Assembly (NCBI RefSeq): GCF_006345805.1
Contig: NC_043000.1
Span: 62,062,001-62,126,000, forward strand
Reading direction: 5' to 3'
Source of the DNA: Octopus sinensis
Taxonomy: Eukaryota
DNA: 64,000 bases
Under the pieces are notes generated by a model that saw only the letters and a program-made list of their open reading frames with translations, made no database searches and was not told where the DNA came from. The position numbers were made by a program, and so were the translations under genes. Positions 14,101 through 27,429 of this stretch are shown here, piece by piece (position 1 is the first letter of the stretch; each line of letters starts with the position of its first letter).

Positions 14101-15978
14101 GCTCAAATTTAATTTTTGCTCATTAACAGTTAAATGGAAAAACTTGATAGTAAAATAGTTTTAAAGGAAATAATTTTTGAGAAGAGCTATAGTGAAATCT
14201 TCTTCCTAAAGGATAGTCAATATAACGATGATAGAACTGGAAAACCTGATAAGTTGAAGAAATTTCGAAGATGAGTCGCGCAATAAATATGTTCAAAAGA
14301 CAGAAGTGATAACAGAAGTGATAACAGAAGTAGAAAGTAGACGTAGATACATCTAGCATTTCGATTATTGATTACCATCATCAACAAAAACAGTTCAAGA
14401 AAGATCAAGAAATATAATAGGGGGCGCCAGTTTTTCTTTGAAAATCAAAGGCTTCGAATATTTTTGGTATGTTCTCTCTTCTGCCACTAAGGATACGGTA
14501 AAATAATTTTAACATTTCATCAACATACACAATCTTATTACATTTTCAAATATTGTTAAGATTTCACAACAACCAGCAACGAAAGCCAATAACAAACATT
14601 CGAATATTGGCGTCTATTCAACGAATTTTGTTTGTTATGGACAGACGCCCACTGGGTTTTACAAATTTCCGAAGCAACATTTGAATACTTTTACACAGTA
14701 ATACTGAATTTAAGGAGGGGAAGAAAAATGTCATTTGACGTCTTTGTATTAAAATTTTTTTTTATATATTGTCCAGTACTGTTTATTTTTTGTTACTGAT
14801 TGCTTTTGTTGCCTGCTCTCAACGATTAAACATTACTTCTCTCATCAAATTGTTCCAAATCAATGTGTGTGCGTGCGTGCGTGCGTGCGTGCGTGTGTGT
14901 ATTATGTGTGTATGTATAGATGTATACATGCATAAGCAAGATAGAGCGATCTTATAGATAACCTTACTGGATAAGAAATATAACCGCCTTATATGTTTGT
15001 GAGTGTATATGTGTGTGGATATGTAAGTGAAGGTGTTGTGTGTATGTATGTGTGTGTGTGTGTGTATACGTGCATGTGATCTTATTAAGTTTCTTTTCTA
15101 ATAGAGTTTTCTTCTTATAGTAATCAATGTCACAGTTGACATAGTTGAAGTCATCATTGAAGTCTAAATGTAGTCTCACAAAATATTTTCTACTGTTAAA
15201 GATAAATGGTATCTATGGTCGATGTGGTGATATCGGAAATAGAGAAAAGTATTATTATCCTAAGCGTAGATATCTGGAGGTAATACCAATAATACGCATG
15301 CGTCACTTCGACTAATGTCTTTATGTTAACTTCCACGATTTTCATCTGCAGAGGATTTATATCGGTGACTGTTGGTTATTTCCATAAGTTATTCCGTATC
15401 GTTTTCGTTTTGCTGTTTTTTTTTTCTTTTACAAATAATCTTTGCAGAAAATAACCTACACCTAGTCCAGTATATTCTTGTGAAAATTATAAAAACGAGA
15501 TGTTTTATTTTATGTAACTTTTTAATAATCTCTAAAAAGGGTTTAATTCAGGCGGACTTAATTTCTAATAATAGGTTTTCAGGCCGTTAATTATTAACAT
15601 CGAATTGATCGTCGACACCATTCATTAGAATTTAGTTTATTAGAATTAATTATTTGCTCGTGTCTCTGTTTATTAAGTCGCAATTATCTTACAATTAAAT
15701 GCTGAGTTATTTAAAGATCGACTTAATGTCTACATTTAACACTTGCGCAAAGTTTTCTTTATGAATATTTTTTGGAATTAATATTATGAAAGTGTTAGTT
15801 TGTAATATATTTCGTGGATTATAGAGCAAATTTATTTATGATGTACCATTTTAAATGAGAAAATGATTTAGCACTATCACTTACACTTTCCATCAATCTT
15901 ATTGGATATTGTTATTTAAACTATGACCAAAATATTTGCTTAATTAAAAGAGAATGTAGTTGTAAAACGAACTGTGAA

Positions 15979-16037
<59 letters not shown>

Positions 16038-16845
16038 GGGAGAGAGAGAGAGAGAAGGGGGAGAGAAAGAGAGCATATTTTTTGTGTTTGTTTGTTTGTG
16101 TCAGTGTGTGAAGAGAGAGAAGTGTGAGAACAAAATGATGGAAGATAAAACTACAAGTGTCAGAGTCTTAGACTTGAATATGTGAAAAATGGCAATAATC
16201 GATATTTATATATTCTTTGTCACACATAATGTTTCTGTTTGTAGAGACAAGAACAACAAAACATTCTCAGTTTAAAGTTCTATACGAAACTCTCTCTGAC
16301 GTAAACTACATTTTAAGATTCTGGAATTTATTTCAGTTACAAATCATTTGCTGTTGCTTTTGTACTTTATCTCCAGATTAATCTTCATACAGCAGATCTA
16401 GTACGAGCCGTCACTTTAGATGATTGAAAAAATGTGTGCTTTCGTTCTTTAATAGAGTGAAGTGTAATTTGAGACAGCTTTGCCTGATATATTGAACATA
16501 CTGAGTGACGTCATAGTGTTTCCTTCGTTGGACGTATATAAAAATATGTTAGAAGCAATTTTAAAAATATACCCAACATGTGTTGAGTAGATTTTTGTTT
16601 TCCTGAAGGGACACAAAATAGTCATTTATTTGAACTCACAGTGTGTTACTGGAACGTTTATAGCGCGTTAAGTATCTTTGATAGCATAGTGAAATTGTAT
16701 TTGGAGAATCAAAATCAAATCACTGTAAGGAATTTGTATGATTTAAATGTCTAATGATTTGTAAAAGTAAAACGAGAAATTTTAACAATAGTAACGTACA
16801 ATATACATGAACCAGCTGTCTTCATATTATCCTGAATAATGTCAG

Positions 16846-17220
16846 GGCGGTGAGCTGGCAGAATCATTAGCACGCCGGGCGAAATGATTAGCGGTATTGC
16901 ATCTGCCGCTACGTTCTGAGTTCAAATTCCGCCGAGGTCGACTTTGCCTTTCATCCTTTCGGGGTCGATTAAATAAGTACCAGTTACGCACTGAGGTCGA
17001 TGTAATCGACTTAATCCGTTTGTCTGTCCTTGTTTGTCCCTCCTGTGTGTAGCCCCTTATGGGTAGTAAAGAAAGAGGTATTTCGTCTGTCTTTTCATTC
17101 TGAGTTCAAATTCCATCGAGGTTGACTTTGCCTTTCATCCTTTCGGGTTCGATAAATTAGGTGCCAGTAGTATACTGGGGTCGATCTAATCGACTGGCAT
17201 CCCTCCCCAAAAATTTCGGG
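16846..17220 (+). mobile_element. tRNA-derived SINE family 1, full copy plus tandem partial second unit
   Basis: A-box-like GAGCTGGCAGAATC, B box GAGTTCAAATTCC, then GTCGACTTTGCCTTTCATCCTTTCGGGGTCGAT..AATAAGTACC; the B box and core recur at 17077-17220. Confidence 0.9.
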
Positions 17221-17255
17221 TGGTGGTGGTGATGGTGGTGGTGATGGTGTTGATA

Positions 17256-17302
<47 letters not shown>

Positions 17303-17348
17303 GAAGATGATGAGGAAGATGATGAGGAAGAGGAGGAAGAGGAGGAGG
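17221..17348. repeat. Compound (TGG)n(GAT)n(GAG)n triplet repeat
   Basis: Direct inspection. Confidence 0.9.
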
Positions 17349-19300
17349 TTTTTATTAGTCACGATGCGCTAAATGAAAGGGTCGTTGCAAAAATAAGTTA
17401 CATAAACTGTGGAAATTTACATAAAAACCCAATGAGAAATGTAAGTGATGAGAAGTTCGCACCATTTGAAAAACACCACTGAAAACTGAAGAAGAAGTTC
17501 GCGAAATCTATGTTCAATTTTCTTAGCCTCTTTCACCACAAACTTATTTTTCATAGCCATTAGACAGCTGAAAACTACCTGAACTTCACAGTTAAAGATG
17601 TGAGGCGGAGCAGTGTTTACGATTGGCTTAGCCGATATGTGAATCTGTCCTCCAAGTAAAAACAGCTGTTCAAGGGAAGGTTGCATAATGAATGAGTAGG
17701 TTATGCTCTCGTCACTCTACGAGCATCTAGGGCACTTCTGTTTGATAGCAAAGCCCTACTTGTAGAGCTTATCCTGAAATAGCCTTGCCTCTCGGTAGTA
17801 CTTTCAGGCTCAGAAGTTTTTGATGTTAGTCATATTACCGGATCCAGAGATCTAGTTCCTTCTCGTCCACCCCCAGAGTTTCATCGAAAACACCTTTGTT
17901 CTTTTGTGTCACTAATTCTATACAAATTGCTAATGTGAAACTTCCATTAACTGCATTGCCAATCCGGTTGAATGCCTAATATGTTTGATAGCAATCGAGG
18001 TGCGATGCATCTAGTTTTGTTCTTTGCTTGTCTAATGATTGTGTATCCTTAAAAGAAATGAAAAGAGAAACGACCTGTGTTGCGAATATCTGCAGTAACA
18101 TCTGTAGTTGCTCTCTTGATGCTCTGTAGAGAATGTTGAGAACAGCTGGACTGTCTGATGGTAAACACTTGCCAGGAGGTCGCTGTATTTGTAAAGCTCA
18201 TGTGACAGACAATCCAAAGAGAACAATTTGAATCTTATGCAGCCACTCAGAGCATTCTGTAGTTCTGATATTGCTATTGGATTTTCATACTACAGTGTAC
18301 TTCTGCCGAATATTTCAACAAGGCAATGAAAAGGGTAATAAGATCCACTACCGTCTACAGCCGATCGCTCACTCGAAATGTTGAATAAAGTGCTCCAGGA
18401 AGGCCGTACACATCTGCTTAACAGTATGAGGCACGAAGTTTTTCTGATCCAAGTTGTGGCTTTATTCTCACGTTGCACCCCACCCCTGGGTCCATCAAAC
18501 TCTATCTAGTTATGATAGAGATGACATGCTGTTGTCGCTCCATCTATATACGGGTAAATTCGAGATATCCAGTAGTTAGAGGTCAGACATTTAAAAGCGT
18601 TTGAGCAGATTTGAGAGGTTTTACACCCATTTCCGTTATCTGTGAAATCCATAGAAAATATCCCAACGTGTATAAAGAATGCAATACCAATACTCTGACA
18701 GTGCCAAAAAATGTGATATCATCAGGAAAGCTTGCAAACGTTCTCAGAGCTCCAGCCGTACTCTGGTGGTCGCGGAAAAAATTTCTATAAGTTTAAATAC
18801 AGTACCTTTACTGCCATTAACATCTAGTAACACCACCTTACTATCTGAAACCGGAACCCAAGGTACCGTCCGTGTTGCGAGTCCCAAAAACAAAACTGCC
18901 GCCTCGTTGCTCTATCGTAGCAGATAATAATATAAGAACAAATCATTAGTTATCAAATGTGGACGTAAGAGTGAACATTCATGATATTTTTGTCTCACTG
19001 GGGGCTACTAAATCTTTCTATTGACCTGGGATTGCTGAGCAAGGAACCTTACATCCAAACCCATCTCAGACTACATACTAATACATTTCACTCCTATTAT
19101 ACGCATATTTGTCAAGAGAAAAGAACAGGTGAGAACGTTTGCCAGACCAGTTCTATCTCGCACAGGACATTCCCTAAAACGTTCCTGTCTTCTGTCTTCC
19201 GTTTCTCGGAAAATTTTCAGACTGGATGGAAATATATTTATTAGTTTATTGTAGACGTCTGCTGATATCTTCATTAGTAGTTCTGACTTATGGTGTTTTG
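17349..19300 (-). mobile_element. Decayed L1/Tx1-like LINE ORF2 (RT plus zf-RVT)
   Basis: Minus strand has ASFPDDITF at about 18735-18709 (YADD equivalent) and DKLYK*GFAIKQKCPRCS*SDESITYSF at about 17775-17690 (CxxC..E...H-type zinc motif); AATAAAAA at the 3' end near 17350. Many stops and frameshifts. Confidence 0.7.
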
Positions 19301-19559
19301 AAGTTGAATTTTAAAAATCATTACCCTTGTCTCTAATTTTTGAGGTAGGAATTAATATATGCATGATGCTTAGAGGGAGAAAAGGGTTTCTAATTTTTGG
19401 TGATGAACTACATATGAATTTCTATATTTTCTGTAACAATATCTGTTTGATATATCTCAATAAACAAAGATACGTATATGGTTATTTACCTATGTATGTG
19501 AAGACAGGTTTTCTAATACCATAAACAAATAGCTACTAAAAAGCTTCTTGTGTCACAAG

Positions 19560-20700
19560 ATATTTTCTGGTAGATCAATGAAACCAGCTGATTCCTCAAT
19601 TCCTAGAACATTCTGCTACTTAGCATTCAAAAGATAAAGATAAGCCTTTTGAATAGTTTCAAAACCTGCATGGAAGACATAAAATCGTTCTATAACAACT
19701 ACCTTATTTAAGAAGCAAAATGCCAAGAGCTACGATGGATTATCTGCTGCCTGTCGTATATTACAATAAACTTTGGTGAAAGTTTGATATTACTCTCTAA
19801 CAAAGAATTTATTTTATTAGTTATGCAACAGGATCCAAATAATTTCATGAAAGGAAACAGTCCCTTATCGATATATTCAGTTAAGCGATGCATTGATGGA
19901 AGACTGATTGATGTTGAAATTAAACTTACTGCTTTCCCCGAAAACTCCTCATTTTCTTTGCAGGTAGGCTAGTCTACATTAGAGATAGTAATGATTTATT
20001 GTTGGCAATGTTATTTGCCTAAATCTTGTCAAAGATACAAAATATCGATATTCACTCTAGTGAAATCCTACTTTGCAACAAATAATACAGTCACGAGTAA
20101 TATTGCTGCCTACTCTACTGATGCGGCTCTGTTAATGATAGGCCGTTATCACAGTTTTGATGAAGGGATTGCTAAACCTGTTGTGTTTTTGTTATTTGGT
20201 GTTCAGGCAAGCTTTTTCAGGAAAACAGTTGCATACATTGTGTACAAAGTTTTCTTTCACCATTAAACATAATAATTAGGGCTATAGAAAAGATGAAATC
20301 AAATGCCAAACAATGATAGACTGCTTCAATAGTTGTGCCAAGATAATAATGACTAATTTATTAAGTTACCGTTACCCACATAAAACGTTTCTCTCTCAAA
20401 CTGTCCTTGTTTGAATCGTTTTGTTGTATTATTTAAATGTGCACTTTTTCTGGAATGTGAAAATGAGGCTGCTGTCTTCTAACATTTCAAAAATAATATA
20501 TCCCGCATTTGATATGACAGGCATTTTAAAGGAATGTGATAAAACTAAATTGCAGCTAAAAAAGCTAAAATAATATCTGGCAATTGCATAAGACCTTGAT
20601 TCTTTATTGTTACTTTGTGAAAAACTTAATATTTTCTTCCTAAACTTTTACAAAATTGTTAAGTAAAGGTAGTTCAACTGAAGAGAGATAAATACTTCAG
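19560..20700 (+). mobile_element. Decayed hAT Buster/Charlie-type (SCAND3/ZBED5-like) transposase
   Basis: Ordered motifs across frames: SMKP, FGESLIL (TIGExLI), PLSIYSVKRCID (PLSxxTVxRRI), FSLQVG*ST (FSLQLDEST), IFTLVKSYF...STDAALLMIGR (TDGAxxMxG) and SGNC (RWLSxG region). Confidence 0.8.
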
Positions 20701-20995
20701 TAGAAATCACAATGGACATAAAGCGGATATGGAAACCTGACTCAGTTCTATATTTAGAAACTTTGCATTAGAAATGACTTAACTGTTGACTCTTCCAACA
20801 ACACACACCAACATTTATGCAGATGGCGCTAATATTCATTCTTCTCTAACACCCGAACAAACCCAACCTTTGTAACACCTACTCTCATCACGACAAATTC
20901 GCAGTGACTGCTTAGAGGGAGACATCGAAATCATCCACCAAAGGAACATACCAATTATATATTTTTTCAATAGCAAATCATTAACGCTACTCATA

Positions 20996-21210
20996 TTGAT
21001 TTCAAATGTTGACACAAGACCAAGCAAATTCAGGAGAGGGAGTAAGTCGATTGTATTGACCCCAGTGTTCTGCTGGTACTTATTTTATCGACCTCAAACT
21101 GACGAAAGACAATATCAACCCCGGCAGCATTCGAACTCATGACGTAAAGTCGGAAGAAATGCCGCTAAGCATTTTTCCCGACGCAGTAACGATTCTACCA
21201 GCTCGCCTTC
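20996..21210 (-). mobile_element. tRNA-derived SINE family 1
   Basis: Reverse-complement match ending ...ACGATTCTACCAGCTCGCC; core CTGGTACTTATTTTATCGACC. Confidence 0.8.
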
Positions 21211-24200
21211 CAATAGTACGGATATTTAAAACGTCACTGTATGGACGCACCTTAGTTATGAGCAGCACTTCGCTGGAGCCTTACATTTGCTCCAAATGCT
21301 GGATCTCTCTATTACTGAAGAACCTTTCTGGCAGAAGCATATCCATGTTCTGGCTAAGAGCTTAAATGAAAAACTGGCACATATATTCAGATCCAAAACA
21401 TATATCCCTCAACGATTATTGATACACTACAAGTCTAGGTGAGGACCACAATATGGTGCATTGCTCCTACATCTAGGACTGTACACTTCTGCACACACAG
21501 ACATATTAAACTGCTTCCAAAAACGGGATCTCCGATTGAATGGTAAAAATCCCTCACAGACACACTCTAGCTTCTCGATCACTGGCGCGCTATTTTTTGT
21601 ATTCCTTCTTCAACCTTTTGTACCGCTGTTGTAATCATAGCAGAGAGAGAGAGAAAGAGAGAATTGACAGTTCATGCCATTCCCATTCAGATATACCATC
21701 CTACCCGATTGCTTTACCATCATTAGTCTTGTGTTCCAATCCCTAGGAGCGGCACCAACCATTACACCACACATTCATACCGGAATTCGCTTCCGCTCGT
21801 ATCTTTCCCGAAGGTATCGATTGAAGAAAATCAGCAGGAACATTTATGGCATCGATCTCACCTAAGTGACGACGAGTTGAGAAAGCATAGACACTGCCTC
21901 TTCCTCCAAACCCGGCAAAGGAAAACAAATTAGTGTCAGTGTTAGGGTTATGTATAATTTGAAAACAGACGTGATTGGACTGTAATTTTTAAGATCAACC
22001 TTATGAATATTTTTTGAAGATAAATTGCTTATTCTTGCGAAAGACACTCTGGTAATGGGGATGGACACCTTATTATTTTATAAAACATCTGGTAATATAG
22101 GGGGGTATCTGTTTTGAGATGAAATGTGATTTCTAATTACTTTTCTTATCATGATTTCCATTATATTTTATGTTGTGATATCTTTTCACACTTGAGATGT
22201 CACATCATTTAAGTTGTCTTTTGTTTTGTGGTTTCGGTCATTTGTTTATTATTCTTCCCATATTTCTCTCCAAAATGTTTCAACAATTTTCTTTAGCTCT
22301 TCAATTCCCTATTGAACTCTTTTATTTGCTTGTAAAGGCCTCGATTATCTTATCAAATTATTTTGTTTCCTTTGAAATTGTTTAATTTGAAATTCAAATC
22401 AGTATATTCTCCGCACTTTAGCTTTGACCTTTGAATCAATATTTCTTTTGCGATCGTTCTTATTTTCATAGTTTCTTATCTTATTTTCGTGTTTCGTTTC
22501 TGAGTTGCGTTTTTTATTCTAGTTATATTTTCGCTCGAGATTTGTCTATTGAATCTGTCCTTTCTGAACAATTTCTGGTTTAAGGATTAAAGTTTCTCCC
22601 AAATTTCTACGGCATACATACTTTGCCTGAGGTCTTTCATATACGCGCGCAGATGCATGCATATACATGCACACATACAGGCGCGCACACGTAAGTGTAA
22701 TTATTGCATTCCATATTCATAAATAGTTTCTACGAGTGGGCACTGCTTTTATATTGTATTGTATTTTGCTGGTATGCAATCTTACATCAACTTTTATATA
22801 TTTTCTGCACTCGATGCCATATGATACGCGAAACTAGACAAACATTAAGTTTTTCTCATTTCGGATATCATAATTTCTATGTCCCTGTATTCATTCATTT
22901 GGGTTGGCTATTGTAGTTCATTCTGATTATTAAAAGTTAGCATTGTTGGTTTGATAGATTAGCAAATTTGTTAGACCGTCGGAGAAAATCTTTTGCGGTA
23001 TTTCTTTTCGTGATTTTTATATTTTACTCAAATGTACAGATTTATCTCCACCTTGCCGCAGATTTCTCAGCCTGCCAAAATCGCCTCACAAGGAAGTTAA
23101 ATTAAAAGAATTACCAGAATATATTTGTGATTGGGGAAGATCAAAAGAGGTGGAAGATAGGACACGTTACACCGTAAAGGAAACGAAAAACCTTTAAGAA
23201 GGAGACAAAGAAATCGACAAATCTTTATACGCATCCCCAAAACATACACAACCAAAAACCCACTAAACAATAGAAATACCACGAAGATTTAAAACTCCGC
23301 AAGAATCAAAATCAAAGTGCGATCCAAACCAATAACAAGAGTATCATCCCAAAACAAACAAAAGTCATCCTCAACTATAAAGTAGTAGATACAAACACGG
23401 GTTCATTGAAACATATACATCAAGGCACAATCATTATACATAATGAATACATCATATTCCTACGTAACACTCCAAATAATATAGAATTATAAAAGTGATA
23501 CAAAACACATATAAGAGAGTGAAAACTAAATATCTCGAGGAATACGAAATTTTGAAGGACCTCTAAATTAAAAACTTCATAAGGAAATGCTTGTGGGCAA
23601 AGTCACAAATAACCCGAAGACTGGATCAATCCTCCTCCCACAGAAATAACTTAAGTGTTCATTCTCACTTTCAGTGTTCCTGCTGAACAACGTATGGTCA
23701 TTATTTATAGGTGTGTTGGTTATCTAGAAGACCAGAGTTTGCGACGCTCGAGCATTTGTGCTCGTGTTCGGTGGTTACGAGTTGTGCGTATCTCCAAGTC
23801 TGAGGGAATGGATGACAGAGTAGCTGTTATATCGGAAAGAGAGGTATCTTAAGATACGGATCATCCTCCTGGACCCAGAAGGTAAATTGACTAGTCCCCA
23901 TCCACAAAAAATTTCAGACGTGGTGCCTATAGTAGAAAGGATTATTGTTATCATTATTAGTGAGTTGGTACAATCGTTATAGTCTCATATGTGAAATCTG
24001 ATTTTTATATATTCCGTCTCGATACATTCTAAGTTCAAATCCAAGTGAGGGCTGTTTTACATTTCTTTTGTTCGGGGGCGATGTAATTAAGTATTTCTCG
24101 AATATTGGGATCGATATAATCAATAATTTCTTCTCAAAATTTTTTTATTGTGCCTAAATTAGAAAGATTTTTAACCGGTACTTTAAAACAAAGCAGTATA

Positions 24201-24382
24201 ACTCATGCAGAGGAATTAGGAAACTTATGGTGACGTACAAATATGGCTAAATATGTAGCAAAGATATCTATTTCAATTTCTCTTCGTCTGTTCTTATTGC
24301 CAAAGGTTGGAGGGATCAGAAGACCTTTCGGTTTATCTTTAGCCTAGCATGTCTTGTAATTCTTGAGATATAGTCAAATGTA

Positions 24383-25585
24383 CAGGGGTTGGACAAAATA
24401 ATGGAAACACCTTAAACTTTCAAATAAATTAATTTTAATATGGAGTAGGACCGCCTTTCGCAGTAATTATAGCTTGAATTCTGCGAGGTATGGATTCGTG
24501 CAAAGTTTGAATTGTTTCTAACGGAATGTTTGCCCATTCTTCAGCTGAAACAGTCTCCAGTTCTTGTAGTCATGGAGGATATCTTCTCCTTACTTGTTTT
24601 TCTAAAATGCACCATAAATGTTCAATAATATTGTGTTAAGATGTTCAACTTCACTAGAATGTTCTTCGTACAATTCAGTAACAACTTTACCAGCGAGAAA
24701 TGGTGCACTATCATCCTGAAAGATTGCGTTTCCCTCCGGGGACAGTTCTGCAACAATAGGATGAATTTGATCAGATAAAATGCTTTAATATTCTTGACTA
24801 TTAATTCTGCCATGATTTCCAAGATATAACCCTTCAGATCATCACAAATCCTCCTGCATGTTTAACAGCTGGAAGAAGTCAGTCTAGGTCAAATGCTTCT
24901 TTTGGCTGTCTCCACACGTATACTCGGCCGATGGTCGGAAATATGGTAAAGGATGACTCGTCCGAGAGAATAACATTCTTCCACTACCCTAGGGACCAAT
25001 TCTGTAGGTTTTTTTCTCCACTCTAAAGGCATTGCAACGTTTGTTATTGAAAGTAGCCCTCCTGTAAAATCCGGCTTTGTGCAGCTCCCGTTGAACAGTT
25101 TTGTGGAAACTGGTTTCTCAATGTGGTCATTAAGCTCTGAAGTAATATTTGGAGTTGTACTTTTGTGATCCTTTCTAACAATTCGCGTAAGAGTCCGACG
25201 GTCCCTATCTGAATGTTTTGGTTTTCTTCTGGAATTTTGTTTCAACAGGGAGGTTTTTCTCTCTTTCTCAAAGGCAGTCATTAATTTCGAGAGAGTACTT
25301 CTTGATACACCAAGCATTTCGGCTATTTTCGTTACGCTAGCACCTGCCATACGAGCACCAACAATTTGACCTGTTTGAAAGTCCGATAGATCTGTCATTT
25401 TAATGAATTTTAATTACCTTTTTCTGATGATATCTAAAAATACACAGCAATTTTAGCATAACATATTAAGCAACACAAATAATAAATCAAAAAACAAAAA
25501 TAAACAAGCTTTTGATAGATTTATAGATATTTCTTAATTATGATGCTATGATGCTAGGTATTTCCACTATTTTGTCTAACCCCTG
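24383..25585 (-). mobile_element. Tc1/mariner (Tc1-like) DNA transposon, ~1.2 kb, near full length, inactive
   Basis: 30-bp TIRs: CAGGGGTTGGACAAAATAATGGAAACACCT (24383-24412) and AGGTATTTCCACTATTTTGTCTAACCCCTG (25556-25585, 3 mismatches); TA on the left flank, TT on the right; transposase inside. Confidence 0.95.
24450..25398 (-). pseudogene. Tc1-like transposase pseudogene
   Basis: N-terminal paired-like HTH (MTDLSDFQTGQIVGARMAGASVTKIAEMLGVSRST); after a frameshift WKNVILSDESSF (first D), VKHAGGFVMI*, FQDDSAP (second D) and NIIEHLW (E). The WPxxSPDLN segment is deleted and there are in-frame stops. Confidence 0.9.
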
Positions 25586-26655
25586 TTTTTGTATTCTGAT
25601 CATCCTGGCCAGCAAAATGGTAGTTGCAGTAGCCTTCGTTGTTATCTTCGTTGTTTGGACATCAGGGAAACGTTGTTGTTTCTGCTATTCTCTACATTTA
25701 CTACATTTTTTATCGCTTTTTTTTAACTTTCTGCACAGAAGGTTTAAACTCTCTCAGGGAAACCAAGTTTTCTGATCTTCGACATAGTGCGACTGAGCTC
25801 ATGTCTGATTCAACTGTATCATACTCTTCCGAGATTGCCTTATGCTCTTCAGAATATCTTATGGCATTCACATTTCATTTTACCTTATTTACCTACAGAT
25901 CCCTTCTTTGCCAACACATTTGTATACAGCACCTCATATTCGACAAGCAGGAATATACTTGCTAATGGCTCCTATTTTTCTTTATTTTATATTCTCGCAT
26001 CGCCTTATGGACAAGCGTGTAGCGCACGAGCTTTCAATGCATTTCTTTTCGTTCTCCCTCTTCTATATACGCCATTTCGTTTGGAAAAGTACACTACCTT
26101 CTCATACCGGTCAGATACTCTCTAACTCCTGTTTCGATGTTATGGAAAAGCACTAAATATATTCAAAACAGTCAAAACACGCTTCCTCCCTTGCCTTCTT
26201 GTGATGAAATCTTCGAGAAGACAATCTCTCTTTTTTCCTGCTCGCTTGCTCTCGAAATAGCTCTTCTAAATTCTTCATTTTCTTGAAGCTGGCTAATATC
26301 CAATACCTCCCTCGCAACCTAAGCAACATGTGAGTAGTTGCTATATTTTGTGGTGTTGGTGGTTGATGGTGATGGTGTTGGGTGGTGTTGGTGGTGGGGA
26401 GGTTGTTGGGGGGGTGTTACTGTTTACACTATTTCTACACTTAAATTCATATTTTCACTGCTTCTTTTCACATTGCAAAAGTAAATATTTATGCTTAAAT
26501 CGTTTGTATTTTTGTTGAGATGTTATATCGCCTGTATGTTCTTGCATCTGTCTTTTGTTGATAGAAATTGTTGGGAGAGGAGAGATGTTAAATCATTTTG
26601 GCATTGTTACTACTGGAGAAAGAAGTGCCTTTTAAATTTTGCCGACGATTCCATT

Positions 26656-27311
26656 GCGGAGAAATAATGTAAATACACTGGCTACCTAAAAAACACAGTC
26701 GAAGACAATAACATCTAAGACGAAACTTTACTATCCTAGGTGGGGATGAATAAGCCGAAAGACTTTTCTCAGCTTTTAGCTAAACAGAACACTTTAAACA
26801 AATAAGCAAACACTAATAGCAAACGAGTAAAGCGGGGAAAAGGGCAACTTCAGTTAAGTAAACAGATTAGCTTGAAAAGGGGAAAATAAACTTGACAGAA
26901 ATTGATTAACTCGAAAGGGAAATACGAAAACAAATTTTCTAGTTTGTCTCTCACCATAACTAAGCAATACCAGTAACATCGGCAACCATTCTCATCGAAC
27001 AACAGTTACTACGATACCTACGACGGCAACAACAAAATCTGCGACAAATACTGCAACAGCAACAGCAACAGCAGCACGGAAGACAACTGATGCTTGAACG
27101 GGAACAAATACAACAGCAACATCAACAATTACATTGCCAACTACAGCCATAACAGCGGCAACAGTAGCGACGAAAGCAATAATTCTAACCTACTCTCTAA
27201 AAATCGGAAGGCATTCATTCACTCTCTCAGTAGTAAGGCGGAGAAATAATGTAAATACACCGATTGCCTATAAAACACAGCCGAAGACAACCATTTCTAA
27301 GGCGAAACTTA
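26656..27311 (+). repeat. Diverged ~75-bp direct repeats (26656-26730 and 27238-27311)
   Basis: GCGGAGAAATAATGTAAATACAC...AAAACACAG(T/C)CGAAGACAA...CTAAG(A/G)CGAAACTT occurs twice, 582 bp apart. Confidence 0.8.
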
Positions 27312-27429
27312 TGTAAGGCGACTATCCAGTCTGCAAAGACTGCCTTCAGGTATCGCACATCTCTCATGATTTTCTACATCTGAAACCGTTACTGATTCCT
27401 TTATAATATAATTCCGCTAAATTTGCAGA

